Shown here: positions 9,116 to 26,599 of the stretch, piece by piece
Numbering within the stretch: the stretch's first letter is position 1
Layout: each line of letters starts with the position of its first letter
Sequence record: OQ828465.1
Strand: one strand, 5' to 3'
Length of the DNA stretch: 64,000 nt
The notes under the pieces: model-generated
Databases searched by the model: none
What the model was told of the DNA's origin: nothing
The model's input: the letters and a program-made list of their open reading frames with translations, nothing else
Program-made: the position numbers and the translations under genes

Positions 9116-9508
9116 ATGAATTATAATGCAGAGAAATATGCCGCACTGCTAGTTTCAATTGCAGCAAACATTGACACTGTAAATAAACTCACCAAAGAAA
9201 TTTTATCGTCTTCTGATAATAGGGATTTTCTCTATGATGTGCATCAAATGACTGACATGTCCCTCGCCAGTCTTCATACGCATCTAACTAAAGAAGTCGA
9301 AAAGTTGGTAGAAACAATGGATCTAGTTAAAGATGGTCTATATGTCCAGGATGTTGAACTCATTAAGGGTAAGGGAAACTGGCGACATATCGCGGATAAT
9401 GAACCTACCATCAACGCTATTAAAGCACTGCGTAAACACATTGGCGAAATCAGTGCATTAGAAGCTAGAACTGTTGTTAAAGGTTACAAGGCAGGTGTCT
9501 TAAAATAA
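9116..9508 (+). CDS. Protein with C-terminal ribosomal bL12-CTD-like motif
   Basis: INAIKALRKHIGEISALEARTVVKG resembles the bL12 KI.VIK.VR..TG.LGLKEAK..VE motif. Confidence 0.55.
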   Translation: MNYNAEKYAALLVSIAANIDTVNKLTKEILSSSDNRDFLYDVHQMTDMSLASLHTHLTKEVEKLVETMDLVKDGLYVQDVELIKGKGNWRHIADNEPTINAIKALRKHIGEISALEARTVVKGYKAGVLK

Positions 9509-9570
9509 CATCGAATAGTATTAAGTCTATCTTCTAGGAGGTATACTTAATAAATCATGAGGAAAATATA

Positions 9571-9900
9571 ATGTCCAATATGAAAAAATCTAGTTTGAAA
9601 GAATTCTTCGAACATATCACTCAGGCTGATCCATTTAATCCTTATTCCTTCATCTACTCCAGACCTATACAATACATTGGTGAAGATAGCGAGTACGCAC
9701 TACATGTTACGTATGTGCATGGTGCAGCTTACATTGAAGGTCTTGTTGGCCATGAAGGAATCAGAATCAATGTATTCTACAATAAACTCCAAGGTATTCA
9801 ACTTTGGACATACTTTGATAACGAACCTCGTGTTGATTCATGGCCGTATTATCAAGTTGATGCAGCTTTAGAAGAAATCATCCGCCTAACTAAACTATAA
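9571..9900 (+). CDS. Hypothetical protein
   Basis: 109 aa, GAGGA RBS. Confidence 0.75.
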   Translation: MSNMKKSSLKEFFEHITQADPFNPYSFIYSRPIQYIGEDSEYALHVTYVHGAAYIEGLVGHEGIRINVFYNKLQGIQLWTYFDNEPRVDSWPYYQVDAALEEIIRLTKL

Positions 9901-9920
9901 ACTCTATTTATAAAAAATAG

Positions 9921-10139
9921 GTGAAGAAAATGATCTATCTGGGATGGTTTACCATTATCTTTGTTACAATGAGTCTATGTCTGTTTTATGTATTTTGTCA
10001 CCGTAGTATTCGTGAATCACACCCAGGTGTAATAGAAAAACAGACTACTCGAAAAATTGTTATTTGGGCTGGTATTCTATTGGCACTCGCTTACTTAAAT
10101 GAAATCAGCCGAGTCTATATAGAGCAGATGGTAACCTAA
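9921..10139 (+). CDS. Small two-TM membrane protein
   Basis: Two hydrophobic segments (IYLGWFTIIFVTMSLCLFYVF; IVIWAGILLALAYL). Confidence 0.65.
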   Translation: MKKMIYLGWFTIIFVTMSLCLFYVFCHRSIRESHPGVIEKQTTRKIVIWAGILLALAYLNEISRVYIEQMVT

Positions 10140-10196
10140 ATATTCAATAACTCCGAAATAATCAAAACTATTTAATATATCAAAAGGAATATTTCA

Positions 10197-10484
10197 ATGT
10201 TCGAAACTCAAGTCGCTCTTACTGATGAACTCAAACAGACTTTTGATCAGATGACTCAAGAATTCATCCGTGAAAAAGGTTACATCACTTGTGAATTCTC
10301 GATTCAACAAAAATACCTCGTGGCAGCGCACGACTACGTTTATGTGAAAAACCGCGAGCTGCCTTCGTATGGAATGTGGCGTATCTTCAAATGCGAGGCA
10401 TGTATCAGCCATAATGTGGATCATCCTTATCATGTCGAAATCTTGGCACTGGCGGCCATCGATACGAAGGAACACAATATCTAA
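10197..10484 (+). CDS. Hypothetical protein
   Basis: 95 aa, AAGGA RBS; its 5' 35 nt recur at 11293-11327. Confidence 0.75.
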   Translation: MFETQVALTDELKQTFDQMTQEFIREKGYITCEFSIQQKYLVAAHDYVYVKNRELPSYGMWRIFKCEACISHNVDHPYHVEILALAAIDTKEHNI

Positions 10485-10534
10485 CAACTGGAAGATAATC
10501 ATAATGTCCAACATACTAAATGTGAGCCCACCGT

Positions 10535-10840
10535 GTGGGAACAAGAGAAGTGATTAACATTAATCATGATCTACCTATCTGGATATTACTACTGTTAAGT
10601 ACAGCTACATCATTCATCTACGCCTTTGTAAAAACCTTTCAACAAAGAAACATCTTTCATGGGTACAAAAAAGCTGCTTTCTTCACCTCATGGGGTATCA
10701 GTACCCTTGAGTTGACCACCATTGGACTATTTGTAATAGTGGGTCTTCCTGCTATCATATCCAGCGGTCTAGGTGGTTCGATAGGCGTCGTGTTGGCAAT
10801 GACGTTCCATGATAAGATTTTTCGTAAAACAACAGAATAG
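10535..10840 (+). CDS. Small multi-TM membrane protein
   Basis: Three hydrophobic helices incl. GLGGSIGVVLAM; start uncertain. Confidence 0.7.
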   Translation: MGTREVININHDLPIWILLLLSTATSFIYAFVKTFQQRNIFHGYKKAAFFTSWGISTLELTTIGLFVIVGLPAIISSGLGGSIGVVLAMTFHDKIFRKTTE

Positions 10841-10851
10841 GAAAAAACATA

Positions 10852-11190
10852 ATGTCTAGGAAACTTGGAAAGAAACATCCTCGCAATCATCACGAAGATG
10901 CAAAGAAATACGAAACTCGGCTACGTACCGAGAAAGCTGAGTTGGCTAACTGCCGGCTTGGTCAACTGTACTCGGTTCGAATCCTGAATGATAACTGCTT
11001 CTTGCGTAATCGATTCATGTGTCAGGAACAAGATATGTTCGATCCTCTTCGCTTGACCCGTGCTAAACGAGAACGTTATTTCAAAGGGGAGCGTTACTGG
11101 CTAAATGCCAACGGCGCTAAGTTCATCCGTTCCGATTATGAAAAGAACTGGGCCAAAAACAAACGTAAGGAGATGGCCAATGAGCAGTAG
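10852..11190 (+). CDS. Basic (K/R-rich) hypothetical protein
   Basis: 112 aa, AGGA RBS. Confidence 0.75.
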   Translation: MSRKLGKKHPRNHHEDAKKYETRLRTEKAELANCRLGQLYSVRILNDNCFLRNRFMCQEQDMFDPLRLTRAKRERYFKGERYWLNANGAKFIRSDYEKNWAKNKRKEMANEQ

Positions 11191-11320
11191 TTATAATCCA
11201 CCGGTGGACACCGTTGATGTCCTCCATATCGACTGCGAGTATGAAAAGTTCTCGTTTGGCAAGTTGTTCCAACGAATGATCGATCATTTCGGTGTTCGAA
11301 ACTCAAGGCGTTCTTACTGA
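11180..11320 (+). pseudogene. Truncated paralog of 13120-13404 fused to a fragment of the 10197 gene
   Basis: First 38 codons align to the 13120 ORF; remainder matches 10198-10232 out of frame; AGGAG RBS. Confidence 0.65.
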
Positions 11321-11577
11321 TGAACTCTAACAAGCTACGAGGGATACTGACTGACCTCGGTATACTCCCACCTCGCTTTGTTGAGAGCACCGATATCCGT
11401 GTCGGCAACTTCCGATTTCAGCGCTGGAAAACCCAGGTCCTCAAACCTGCTGCTCCTGGTTATCGGAAGTGGATTGACGTGGGTAGGTTAGAATGGGTGG
11501 AGGTTAAATACCACCTCAACAAATTACTTAAAGAGAATAATCTCAATATCCAAGAAGAAAGTAATCGGTCTGGATAA
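11320..11577 (+). CDS. Hypothetical protein
   Basis: 85 aa, TGATG coupling. Confidence 0.7.
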   Translation: MNSNKLRGILTDLGILPPRFVESTDIRVGNFRFQRWKTQVLKPAAPGYRKWIDVGRLEWVEVKYHLNKLLKENNLNIQEESNRSG

Positions 11578-11671
11578 CCTCCGGAAGCTCCTGTCAGATC
11601 AACTCAACCCGCCACGTCAGTTAACAGACGCTGTACGCGAGAAAAATCTTCACAGCAAGTAACGATATAAG

Positions 11672-11700
11672 GCCCCTCCCTTCGGGTAGGGGTTGTCTAT
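11672..11700 (+). terminator. Intrinsic terminator (UUCG loop)
   Basis: GCCCCTCCC-TTCG-GGTAGGGGT. Confidence 0.7.
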
Positions 11701-11723
11701 TCATTTCTTAACAGGAAATTCTA

Positions 11724-12059
11724 ATGGAAGACTTCAAAGAAATCGAGATTTACAGTATGACGTTCATCGACCATTCGGAAAATGCTTCTCGTGTAGTGAT
11801 TGCACAGATCACTACTCTGGATGATCGTACTGTTTACGGGGTAATGGAGGTCAATGGTTTCGGCGGCCAGGACAACACCAACCTGCGTCGGTTCGAACAG
11901 AACCGTCAGTACGCTCGTTACTTCTTCACCAAGTCGATAGCCACTGCTTACGCCGAGGCTTACGTCAAGTACCTGAATAACGACATGGTCGAACAAGACT
12001 ACCTCGATATGAATACCGGCTACAACTACACCGACTTCATGAATATGGTAAATATCTGA
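11724..12059 (+). CDS. Hypothetical protein
   Basis: 111 aa, AGGA RBS. Confidence 0.8.
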   Translation: MEDFKEIEIYSMTFIDHSENASRVVIAQITTLDDRTVYGVMEVNGFGGQDNTNLRRFEQNRQYARYFFTKSIATAYAEAYVKYLNNDMVEQDYLDMNTGYNYTDFMNMVNI

Positions 12060-12087
12060 GGTCATCATGGTACTGGAGGATGTATAA

Positions 12088-12330
12088 GTGAAGAAGTTCT
12101 ATGTAACTAAAGAACAGGTTGAAATGGTATTGGCACACCAATATACCCAAGATGACTATACTCGTGAAGTCGGTCCACATAAAACCACTTACAATATCAT
12201 CAACAACCACCCAGAATACCAAGAGGCGTTCTGGCAAACAGCAGTTGCATTGGAGGCGTTCGAGCGTCAGAAGCTGGGTAACTTCGACGCAATCCATCTT
12301 CCTGATCTGATGAAACACCTGGAGGTATAA
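12088..12330 (+). CDS. Hypothetical protein
   Basis: 80 aa, GGAGG RBS, GTG start. Confidence 0.7.
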   Translation: MKKFYVTKEQVEMVLAHQYTQDDYTREVGPHKTTYNIINNHPEYQEAFWQTAVALEAFERQKLGNFDAIHLPDLMKHLEV

Positions 12331-12348
12331 ATCATGGATATGTAAAAA

Positions 12349-12852
12349 TTGTTTGATATGATTGAACGAGTGTCAGATCGTTCCGATGCATTGAATACGC
12401 CGAATCTCAAAGAAATCCTTCATTGGATTCGTTATTCTGGTCTGAGCGATGTGATCTATGATGGTGGAAAAGCTGACAAGATTATTGATCAATTGCGTAC
12501 AGCCTCACCAAATACATGGTTCGAAATTCGTGATCTACGATATTCTCTGATTCGTCATATTGTAGCTGTTATCTGTGAAGATGAAGGGATGGATCTGGTA
12601 TACCGTTTTCCAAATTCAGATAGGTCATTACATGTAAATTTGGTTGTTCGCGAAACGCATACAGGTAATGAAGCGGTCTACGGCATCTTTAATAATGATC
12701 CCTCGTGTCCAGATGAATCTGTGTGGGAATATGTATCCGTTAATTGTTCGCGACTGTTTGATGCGATTCGGTGGCGTAAACGTGATCCTAAATGCGTCAG
12801 TATTTATGGTTGGAGCGATCCAATTAACATCAATCAACCATCCGATTACTAA
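12349..12852 (+). CDS. Hypothetical protein
   Basis: 167 aa. Confidence 0.75.
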   Translation: MFDMIERVSDRSDALNTPNLKEILHWIRYSGLSDVIYDGGKADKIIDQLRTASPNTWFEIRDLRYSLIRHIVAVICEDEGMDLVYRFPNSDRSLHVNLVVRETHTGNEAVYGIFNNDPSCPDESVWEYVSVNCSRLFDAIRWRKRDPKCVSIYGWSDPININQPSDY

Positions 12853-13082
12853 TGAAAGAATCAACCATGACAACGAAAATGTATAATGGCCCTTATGGTA
12901 ATTATAAGGCTGGTACTTATGGAGCTGTATTAAATGCATTAGCCGAACAAGAAGGTCGACCACTGACGTGGATCGATCAACATGTACTTGGTCAAGGTAA
13001 GTTGTTGAAGCGAAGTGATGAATCTATCGTTGTGGCCACTTGGGAATGGCACGATAATGAAATCATTTTCAATTTTTCCTAA
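12852..13082 (+). CDS. Hypothetical protein
   Basis: 76 aa, TAATG coupling. Confidence 0.7.
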   Translation: MKESTMTTKMYNGPYGNYKAGTYGAVLNALAEQEGRPLTWIDQHVLGQGKLLKRSDESIVVATWEWHDNEIIFNFS

Positions 13083-13119
13083 ACTCAGTTAAATCGAAAT
13101 AAACACAAGGAGATGACAA

Positions 13120-13404
13120 ATGGGTAATAGTTATAATTCACCAGTGGACACTGTTGATGTCCTCCACATTGACTGCGAGTACGAAACTTTCTCATTCGGT
13201 AAGTTATTCCAACGTATGGTCGATCACTTCGGTAGCGATATCAAGCTGAATGATTTCGAAATCGAAGCAACCAAGATCAAAGTACGTGGTTGCAAATGTT
13301 GTTCGAGCCTGGATGACTACACGGATTATATTCGTGTAACTCGTTTGACTCAACCTGCAACTGATACCGAGACCCTAACGATTCAGGGTCTTATTGCCAA
13401 ATGA
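13120..13404 (+). CDS. Hypothetical protein with GCKCC motif
   Basis: 94 aa, AAGGAG RBS; full-length paralog of 11180 fragment. Confidence 0.8.
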   Translation: MGNSYNSPVDTVDVLHIDCEYETFSFGKLFQRMVDHFGSDIKLNDFEIEATKIKVRGCKCCSSLDDYTDYIRVTRLTQPATDTETLTIQGLIAK

Positions 13405-13527
13405 CGGTATAAAGGAATTCCCATTAGTTATTAAACTAATGGGATTCTAAACTAATTTACATCATTAAATAGAACTTACGAGATAGCTATCGTAAATCAT
13501 AATAATAACGTAAGTTCTGAAAAAGAT

Positions 13528-13560
13528 TAGCCCTCCTGGTGCAACAGGAGGGCTATATGT
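13528..13560 (+). terminator. Intrinsic terminator (GCAA loop)
   Basis: AGCCCTCCTG-GTGCAA-CAGGAGGGCT. Confidence 0.8.
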
Positions 13561-13620
13561 CGTCAAGTTTAAGCTTGACATTTTTGCCCAAAATGGGCTT
13601 TCTTGCAGAGGAGACTTCGA

Positions 13621-13887
13621 ATGAAAGTCTTTGAAACAAGTTCCAGACCTGATCCAATTTATGGATACATGTCTGGTTTAGAAGTAACAGCATTCAATGG
13701 TAAGCCACTAGTCTACGGACGAAATGAGCTAATCAAAATTGCTGTATATGATAATAAAACTTTCCTAGGTTACATTGGCGATGGTCAGCTTGTAAACAAG
13801 ATTTCCGATGCTAAATGGATTGACGGATCGTCTAACTATCATATTAATTCTAACTCCAGTAATCTTTTGTTCGCTAGAGTTGCTTAA
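13621..13887 (+). CDS. Hypothetical protein
   Basis: ATG after GAGGAG RBS (track start 13603 is a TTG upstream). Confidence 0.7.
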   Translation: MKVFETSSRPDPIYGYMSGLEVTAFNGKPLVYGRNELIKIAVYDNKTFLGYIGDGQLVNKISDAKWIDGSSNYHINSNSSNLLFARVA

Positions 13888-13894
13888 CTTCAAA

Positions 13895-13940
13895 TACCCT
13901 CTTCATTGCGAAGAGGGTAACGTATTATTATTTTTTTTTG
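13895..13940. terminator. Terminator between convergent genes
   Basis: TACCCTCTTC/GAAGAGGGTA stem plus T-tract. Confidence 0.75.
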
Positions 13941-13941
13941 T

Positions 13942-16095
13942 TTAATACCAACTATTTCTAGAATATCTGTTAATACGCACTCTACGTGTACGCTCTGCAC
14001 GAGCTTGATTTAACATGGCATCAATACCTACACCACTGCTATCATCAATATTAACACGTTTAGACAATTGTTTCAAACGCATTTCTAATTTAGCTGCAAT
14101 CATCGGGTTCTTTTCACCGCGAAGCTGCTCAATTATCTCTTCAAATTCTTTGCGACCTTGCTGTTCTTTCTCTTCATGATATTTTTCAAGTTGACTTGGT
14201 TCTTTATCACGTAATTTTGATTTACCTAAGATGGGAACATTGATACCATAATAAGATAAATTCTTACCTTGTATTAATAACCAATGGGCTAATAATAATG
14301 ATACCACTAAGTCATCATGGTTCCCCTTAGCATGGTCAATTCTACCATTACGGATAGTAAGTGCTAATAACTCCGTGCTAAGTGGTTTATCATAGATGGT
14401 CCTTACCCCATAATGCATTGCTGATGGTAATGCCACCTTAAATAGATTATCACGAGAATACTCGCCAGTACCTGACGTTGCATAGCCAAAATAACGTTTA
14501 AACCTATCATAGAACGATGGTTGTCTTGCTGATAACGGAGTTTGAATGTCTCTGAAATCATTTTCTCTTTCTGATGATTCATTGACAATTCTGTTAAAGA
14601 TACGCCGGAATGGATCTACTCCTTTAGTATGTAGAATCAAGATAACATGGTCAATTAACGATATACCTATTGATTTACGTTCTGGTATCCAAAGAATATT
14701 AGGATATCTCAATAGCATTGTTGCAAAGAAATTACCCATTGATGGCACTGATGATTCATTGTATCTGCCAACACACATAACCTCATGTGTTTCTACGTCA
14801 ACTACAACTGTGCCAGTGGCGTCATTATCTTCACCAAGAAGTTCAGATGGGTCGGTACCCATAACGAACCTACCCTTCATCATCCGTGAGGCTACTTCAT
14901 CTTTTGGTATATACCAACGAAGTGTATAACCATCATCAGTGATTTCTGTCCAGCTTGGCTCACGCATATTGTTTTTAAGTTTATCTTTCTCATCTGATGA
15001 TAAGGGTGAACCTTCACCACCAACTGTCCAGATATTGAAGAAGTCCCTATCGGCAATTTCACCGAATGAACCTGATTCACGAAGTGTGTTATATAACCAC
15101 TCATCGGTACGTCCTAATTGACGGTGGTTAAATGCACCATAAACTAGAGGTTTCTTTCCAGTAGTGCCTTTTTCTACAACACGATGTAGAGTTTTCTGAT
15201 CTGGTAGATCAAAGAATTCCTCTGACCATGGGCAACCACCTGTTAAGAAGTGATATGCAAATTCACCATCACGGGTAGTGATGTTACCAGCTGTAGTTGT
15301 ATAGATGTTACCATAAGGCTGGTTCTCACGGCGAGCTTCATCACGAGCTGCTGAACCTGACGCAAGTGCAACAGGTAGTGAAACACCAATTAAGTTAATA
15401 TAGGCAAGTTCGTCAAAGTGCATATTTGGTACAGTAAGACCACGACCTAATTTATCAGCTGCGTTAACATCATTTCGACCAACAGCTGTTAGATACCTAT
15501 TACCTAATCTAATACATGTCATCAATTCGGAGTTATCCGCATCTAATGGATCAGTATAGTGGATATACTCTGGTAACAAATCACGCATTACTTTTAGACG
15601 CTCGATGTTAGCATTACGTAGTTTGTTATCTTTAGTAATAAGATTAATCTTAGTGTTCTCACCCCAGATATACATCATGCCTGTATTGAGCACGTCAGTT
15701 GATACGGACTTACCTGTCTGACGAGGCTGTAATAAACCAAAATCTACGTGATTGAAATAACACCAGAATAAAGCAATATTACCACGGTTAGCTTGGAATG
15801 GAATTGGGTTATTACCCGAGTTAGGGGGGATTCTTGCCACTTCCCTAAAAAAATACCAAGGATTATATTTGCATTCCATGTTAATACGGAACTTCATTTC
15901 TTCGCTAAGATTAGGGTCATATGGATCCACCCCAATTAAACCTTGGTCCAATATAGCTAGTATAAATTTGTAATTTTTAATACCCATCTTTTTATAAGTC
16001 AAGGCTAACTTTATAAAAGATTTATTTTTAGTAGTAAGATCAACACTAGCGCTGTAGTATTTATCCCAATCACTATTGAAAAGTATAACGTCCAT
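13942..16095 (-). CDS. terL: Terminase large subunit (gp25)
   Basis: Walker A LQPRQTGKS, Walker B MHFDELAY, nuclease VMGTDPS and HDDLVVS motifs. Confidence 0.93.
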   Translation of the reverse strand: MDVILFNSDWDKYYSASVDLTTKNKSFIKLALTYKKMGIKNYKFILAILDQGLIGVDPYDPNLSEEMKFRINMECKYNPWYFFREVARIPPNSGNNPIPFQANRGNIALFWCYFNHVDFGLLQPRQTGKSVSTDVLNTGMMYIWGENTKINLITKDNKLRNANIERLKVMRDLLPEYIHYTDPLDADNSELMTCIRLGNRYLTAVGRNDVNAADKLGRGLTVPNMHFDELAYINLIGVSLPVALASGSAARDEARRENQPYGNIYTTTAGNITTRDGEFAYHFLTGGCPWSEEFFDLPDQKTLHRVVEKGTTGKKPLVYGAFNHRQLGRTDEWLYNTLRESGSFGEIADRDFFNIWTVGGEGSPLSSDEKDKLKNNMREPSWTEITDDGYTLRWYIPKDEVASRMMKGRFVMGTDPSELLGEDNDATGTVVVDVETHEVMCVGRYNESSVPSMGNFFATMLLRYPNILWIPERKSIGISLIDHVILILHTKGVDPFRRIFNRIVNESSERENDFRDIQTPLSARQPSFYDRFKRYFGYATSGTGEYSRDNLFKVALPSAMHYGVRTIYDKPLSTELLALTIRNGRIDHAKGNHDDLVVSLLLAHWLLIQGKNLSYYGINVPILGKSKLRDKEPSQLEKYHEEKEQQGRKEFEEIIEQLRGEKNPMIAAKLEMRLKQLSKRVNIDDSSGVGIDAMLNQARAERTRRVRINRYSRNSWY

Positions 16096-16234
16096 ACACT
16101 GCCCTTTAAGGTACTTATTTTAATGTGCCATAATAAAGCCGTATTGAACGGCAATTGTAAAGTATAGTCTCATATGGATAATGTGTTAAAAGACGTTATA
16201 AAGCCCCCTAGGTGGTTCCTAGGGGGCAGTATAT

Positions 16235-23781
<7,547 letters not shown>

Positions 23782-23809
23782 GTGGGTGGCTTTCAGAATG
23801 AGGAAAAGT

Positions 23810-24693
<884 letters not shown>

Positions 24694-24694
<1 letters not shown>

Positions 24695-24876
24695 TGGCAA
24701 AAGTATATCCGATGGTCCCACCTGGGAAGACTCGCAACCAAGATCAGAACTTTGATATCAATGCATTCTTTTCTCCCGATGTAGTTGCGGCTGGCAATGG
24801 TCTGGTTAGTCAACTTCGGCGAAATGCTCAAACTGAAAAGAATGAGCAGACTGTCGGTACTAACCAAAAAAGCTAA
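24694..24876 (+). CDS. Small protein coupled to tail tube
   Basis: 60 aa, TAATG overlap, inside the same terminator-bounded unit. Confidence 0.6.
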
Positions 24877-24878
24877 AG

Positions 24879-24908
24879 CATATCGCCTCCCTTCGGGGAG
24901 GCTTTATG
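24879..24908 (+). terminator. Intrinsic terminator, CATA...TATG family
   Basis: CATATC-GCCTCCC-TTCG-GGGAGGC-TTTATG. Confidence 0.85.
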
Positions 24909-24935
24909 TTGTTAAAAACTATGCTAAAAAATAAT

Positions 24936-24950
24936 TAAGATATATATTAC
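24936..24950 (+). promoter_or_regulatory. Early promoter
   Basis: AAGATATATATTAC. Confidence 0.7.
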
Positions 24951-25003
24951 ATGTTTGCTTATTCAATAAGTAAAATTAGATTGTAAATTTTAGAGAGGTT
25001 AAA

Positions 25004-26200
25004 ATGAAAATTAATGAACTTACAAATACTGATTTATTATTAGAAAACCACACTATTAATAAAATTGATTGTTTACTAGGATTACTTTATAAACATAACT
25101 TCGATAAAGAATTTACATCTAAAATTAATTTTGGTATTCTAACGCAAATGACATATCAGAAGGATGATGTCAGTTTCGTAGTGAAGCCTAGCTTTGAACA
25201 AGGTTTTATTAATATCACTTTTAGTAATGATACATCATGGAATGTTAATTTTGCACTCATCGATGGTAAACCTAAATACATTGGTTATACTGATCAAGAA
25301 GTGACAATTGAAGAGCCGCATAGCAGGGAATATTACACTCTAACAAGTGAGAGTATTCGGCAATTAACAATTCAAGTATTAATTAATACATGGTATCAAG
25401 TAAATAATATTCCAAGCGAAGTATACGAGTATCAACATCACTGGAAACTGGATAAAAATATTCTTAACGATGATGATATTATTCGATACTATTATCGTTT
25501 CATTTTAGCTACCTATTGGGGAATGCCAACACCTGATAGACAAGCTACATTTGAAAAGTGGTTAGAAAATGACATTGCAAATGGGGAAGGTGATGACACA
25601 ACTAATAGTCATTTAAAATGGCTATTCAAACAGGATCATTCTAATATTACTGAAACAACTAATGTTAGAGATGAAATTAATGCATGTAGCATCCACCACA
25701 TTTATCCGTCAGGCAATATTACGTGTGTTTTAACTGATAATAAGAAACCCACACGTTGGCGAGAATATGTAATGCATGCCTTCTATAAAACCATTGGGTA
25801 TACTTGGGTTAATCCAATTGAACTATATTGGCATAAAGGTACTTCTGTGGAGTATGTTAGTTTAGAAACGGTTAATGCCAACCTTTTACTAGCTGCAAAT
25901 ATTTTCACTGTATACAGTAATTGGAATATTACGGAAAATAGCCATACTTCAGATAACTCTGTATCTATCCCAGCTATTAACCTATTTTGCATCAATAGTG
26001 AAAATAGTCAATATGCAGTATCCTTTAAGAATAAAAATAATAACTCTTATGAATTATTTGATTCATTATCCTTAAGTGGAAATCAAATAATTTCATACAC
26101 TGAAACCGCTATTGAGAAATCTAATTGTTCTGGTCCATTGAAATTTGTAAGTGATCACGTTATCAAGTTTATTTGTAAGGAACTAACAACGTGTCGATGA
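25004..26200 (+). CDS. Hypothetical protein (gp31-like)
   Basis: 398 aa, GAGG RBS, AT-rich. Confidence 0.85.
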   Translation: MKINELTNTDLLLENHTINKIDCLLGLLYKHNFDKEFTSKINFGILTQMTYQKDDVSFVVKPSFEQGFINITFSNDTSWNVNFALIDGKPKYIGYTDQEVTIEEPHSREYYTLTSESIRQLTIQVLINTWYQVNNIPSEVYEYQHHWKLDKNILNDDDIIRYYYRFILATYWGMPTPDRQATFEKWLENDIANGEGDDTTNSHLKWLFKQDHSNITETTNVRDEINACSIHHIYPSGNITCVLTDNKKPTRWREYVMHAFYKTIGYTWVNPIELYWHKGTSVEYVSLETVNANLLLAANIFTVYSNWNITENSHTSDNSVSIPAINLFCINSENSQYAVSFKNKNNNSYELFDSLSLSGNQIISYTETAIEKSNCSGPLKFVSDHVIKFICKELTTCR

Positions 26201-26553
26201 AGAATGAAATTGATAGTTTAACTAAAATTATTAATGATTTATTAAAAGAGCACTTTACTAATCGTAAAGAATTTATTACGAAGATTGGTAATAAACGTAT
26301 AGTCGTTCCGGGTGCTCTAGTTTTCTTCAAAAAGTTACGTGGAGAAATTACGGCTAAGGTTTATGCAAAGCGTAAAGTAGATGGTGGCTATCATGAGCCA
26401 GCTATTAGCACTGTATGCATTAGTAATACAAATGTATCATGGGGTGGATTCAGTGGTACCCCGCGTAAGGAAATTAAAGATAGTTTAACTATTTTTACTT
26501 ATGTGGCTATTTACGATGCTCTGAAAAATTTATGTAATGATCAATCTAGCTAA
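26197..26553 (+). CDS. Hypothetical protein
   Basis: ATG overlapping upstream stop; track start 26191. Confidence 0.7.
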   Translation: MKNEIDSLTKIINDLLKEHFTNRKEFITKIGNKRIVVPGALVFFKKLRGEITAKVYAKRKVDGGYHEPAISTVCISNTNVSWGGFSGTPRKEIKDSLTIFTYVAIYDALKNLCNDQSS

Positions 26554-26565
26554 TGTTACTTAACA

Positions 26566-26599
26566 GCATAAGCCCTCCCATTGCGGGAGGGCATTATGT
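26566..26599. terminator. Terminator at convergent junction, CATA...TATG family
   Basis: 33/34 identical to 36269-36302; GCAA loop on - strand. Confidence 0.85.

Noticed and set aside
11493-11663. Open +1 frame extending past the 11320 ORF
   Set aside because: No start codon/RBS and no clear shift site; cannot be supported
13942-16095. Intron in the terminase gene
   Set aside because: Uninterrupted 717-aa frame containing both ATPase and nuclease motifs
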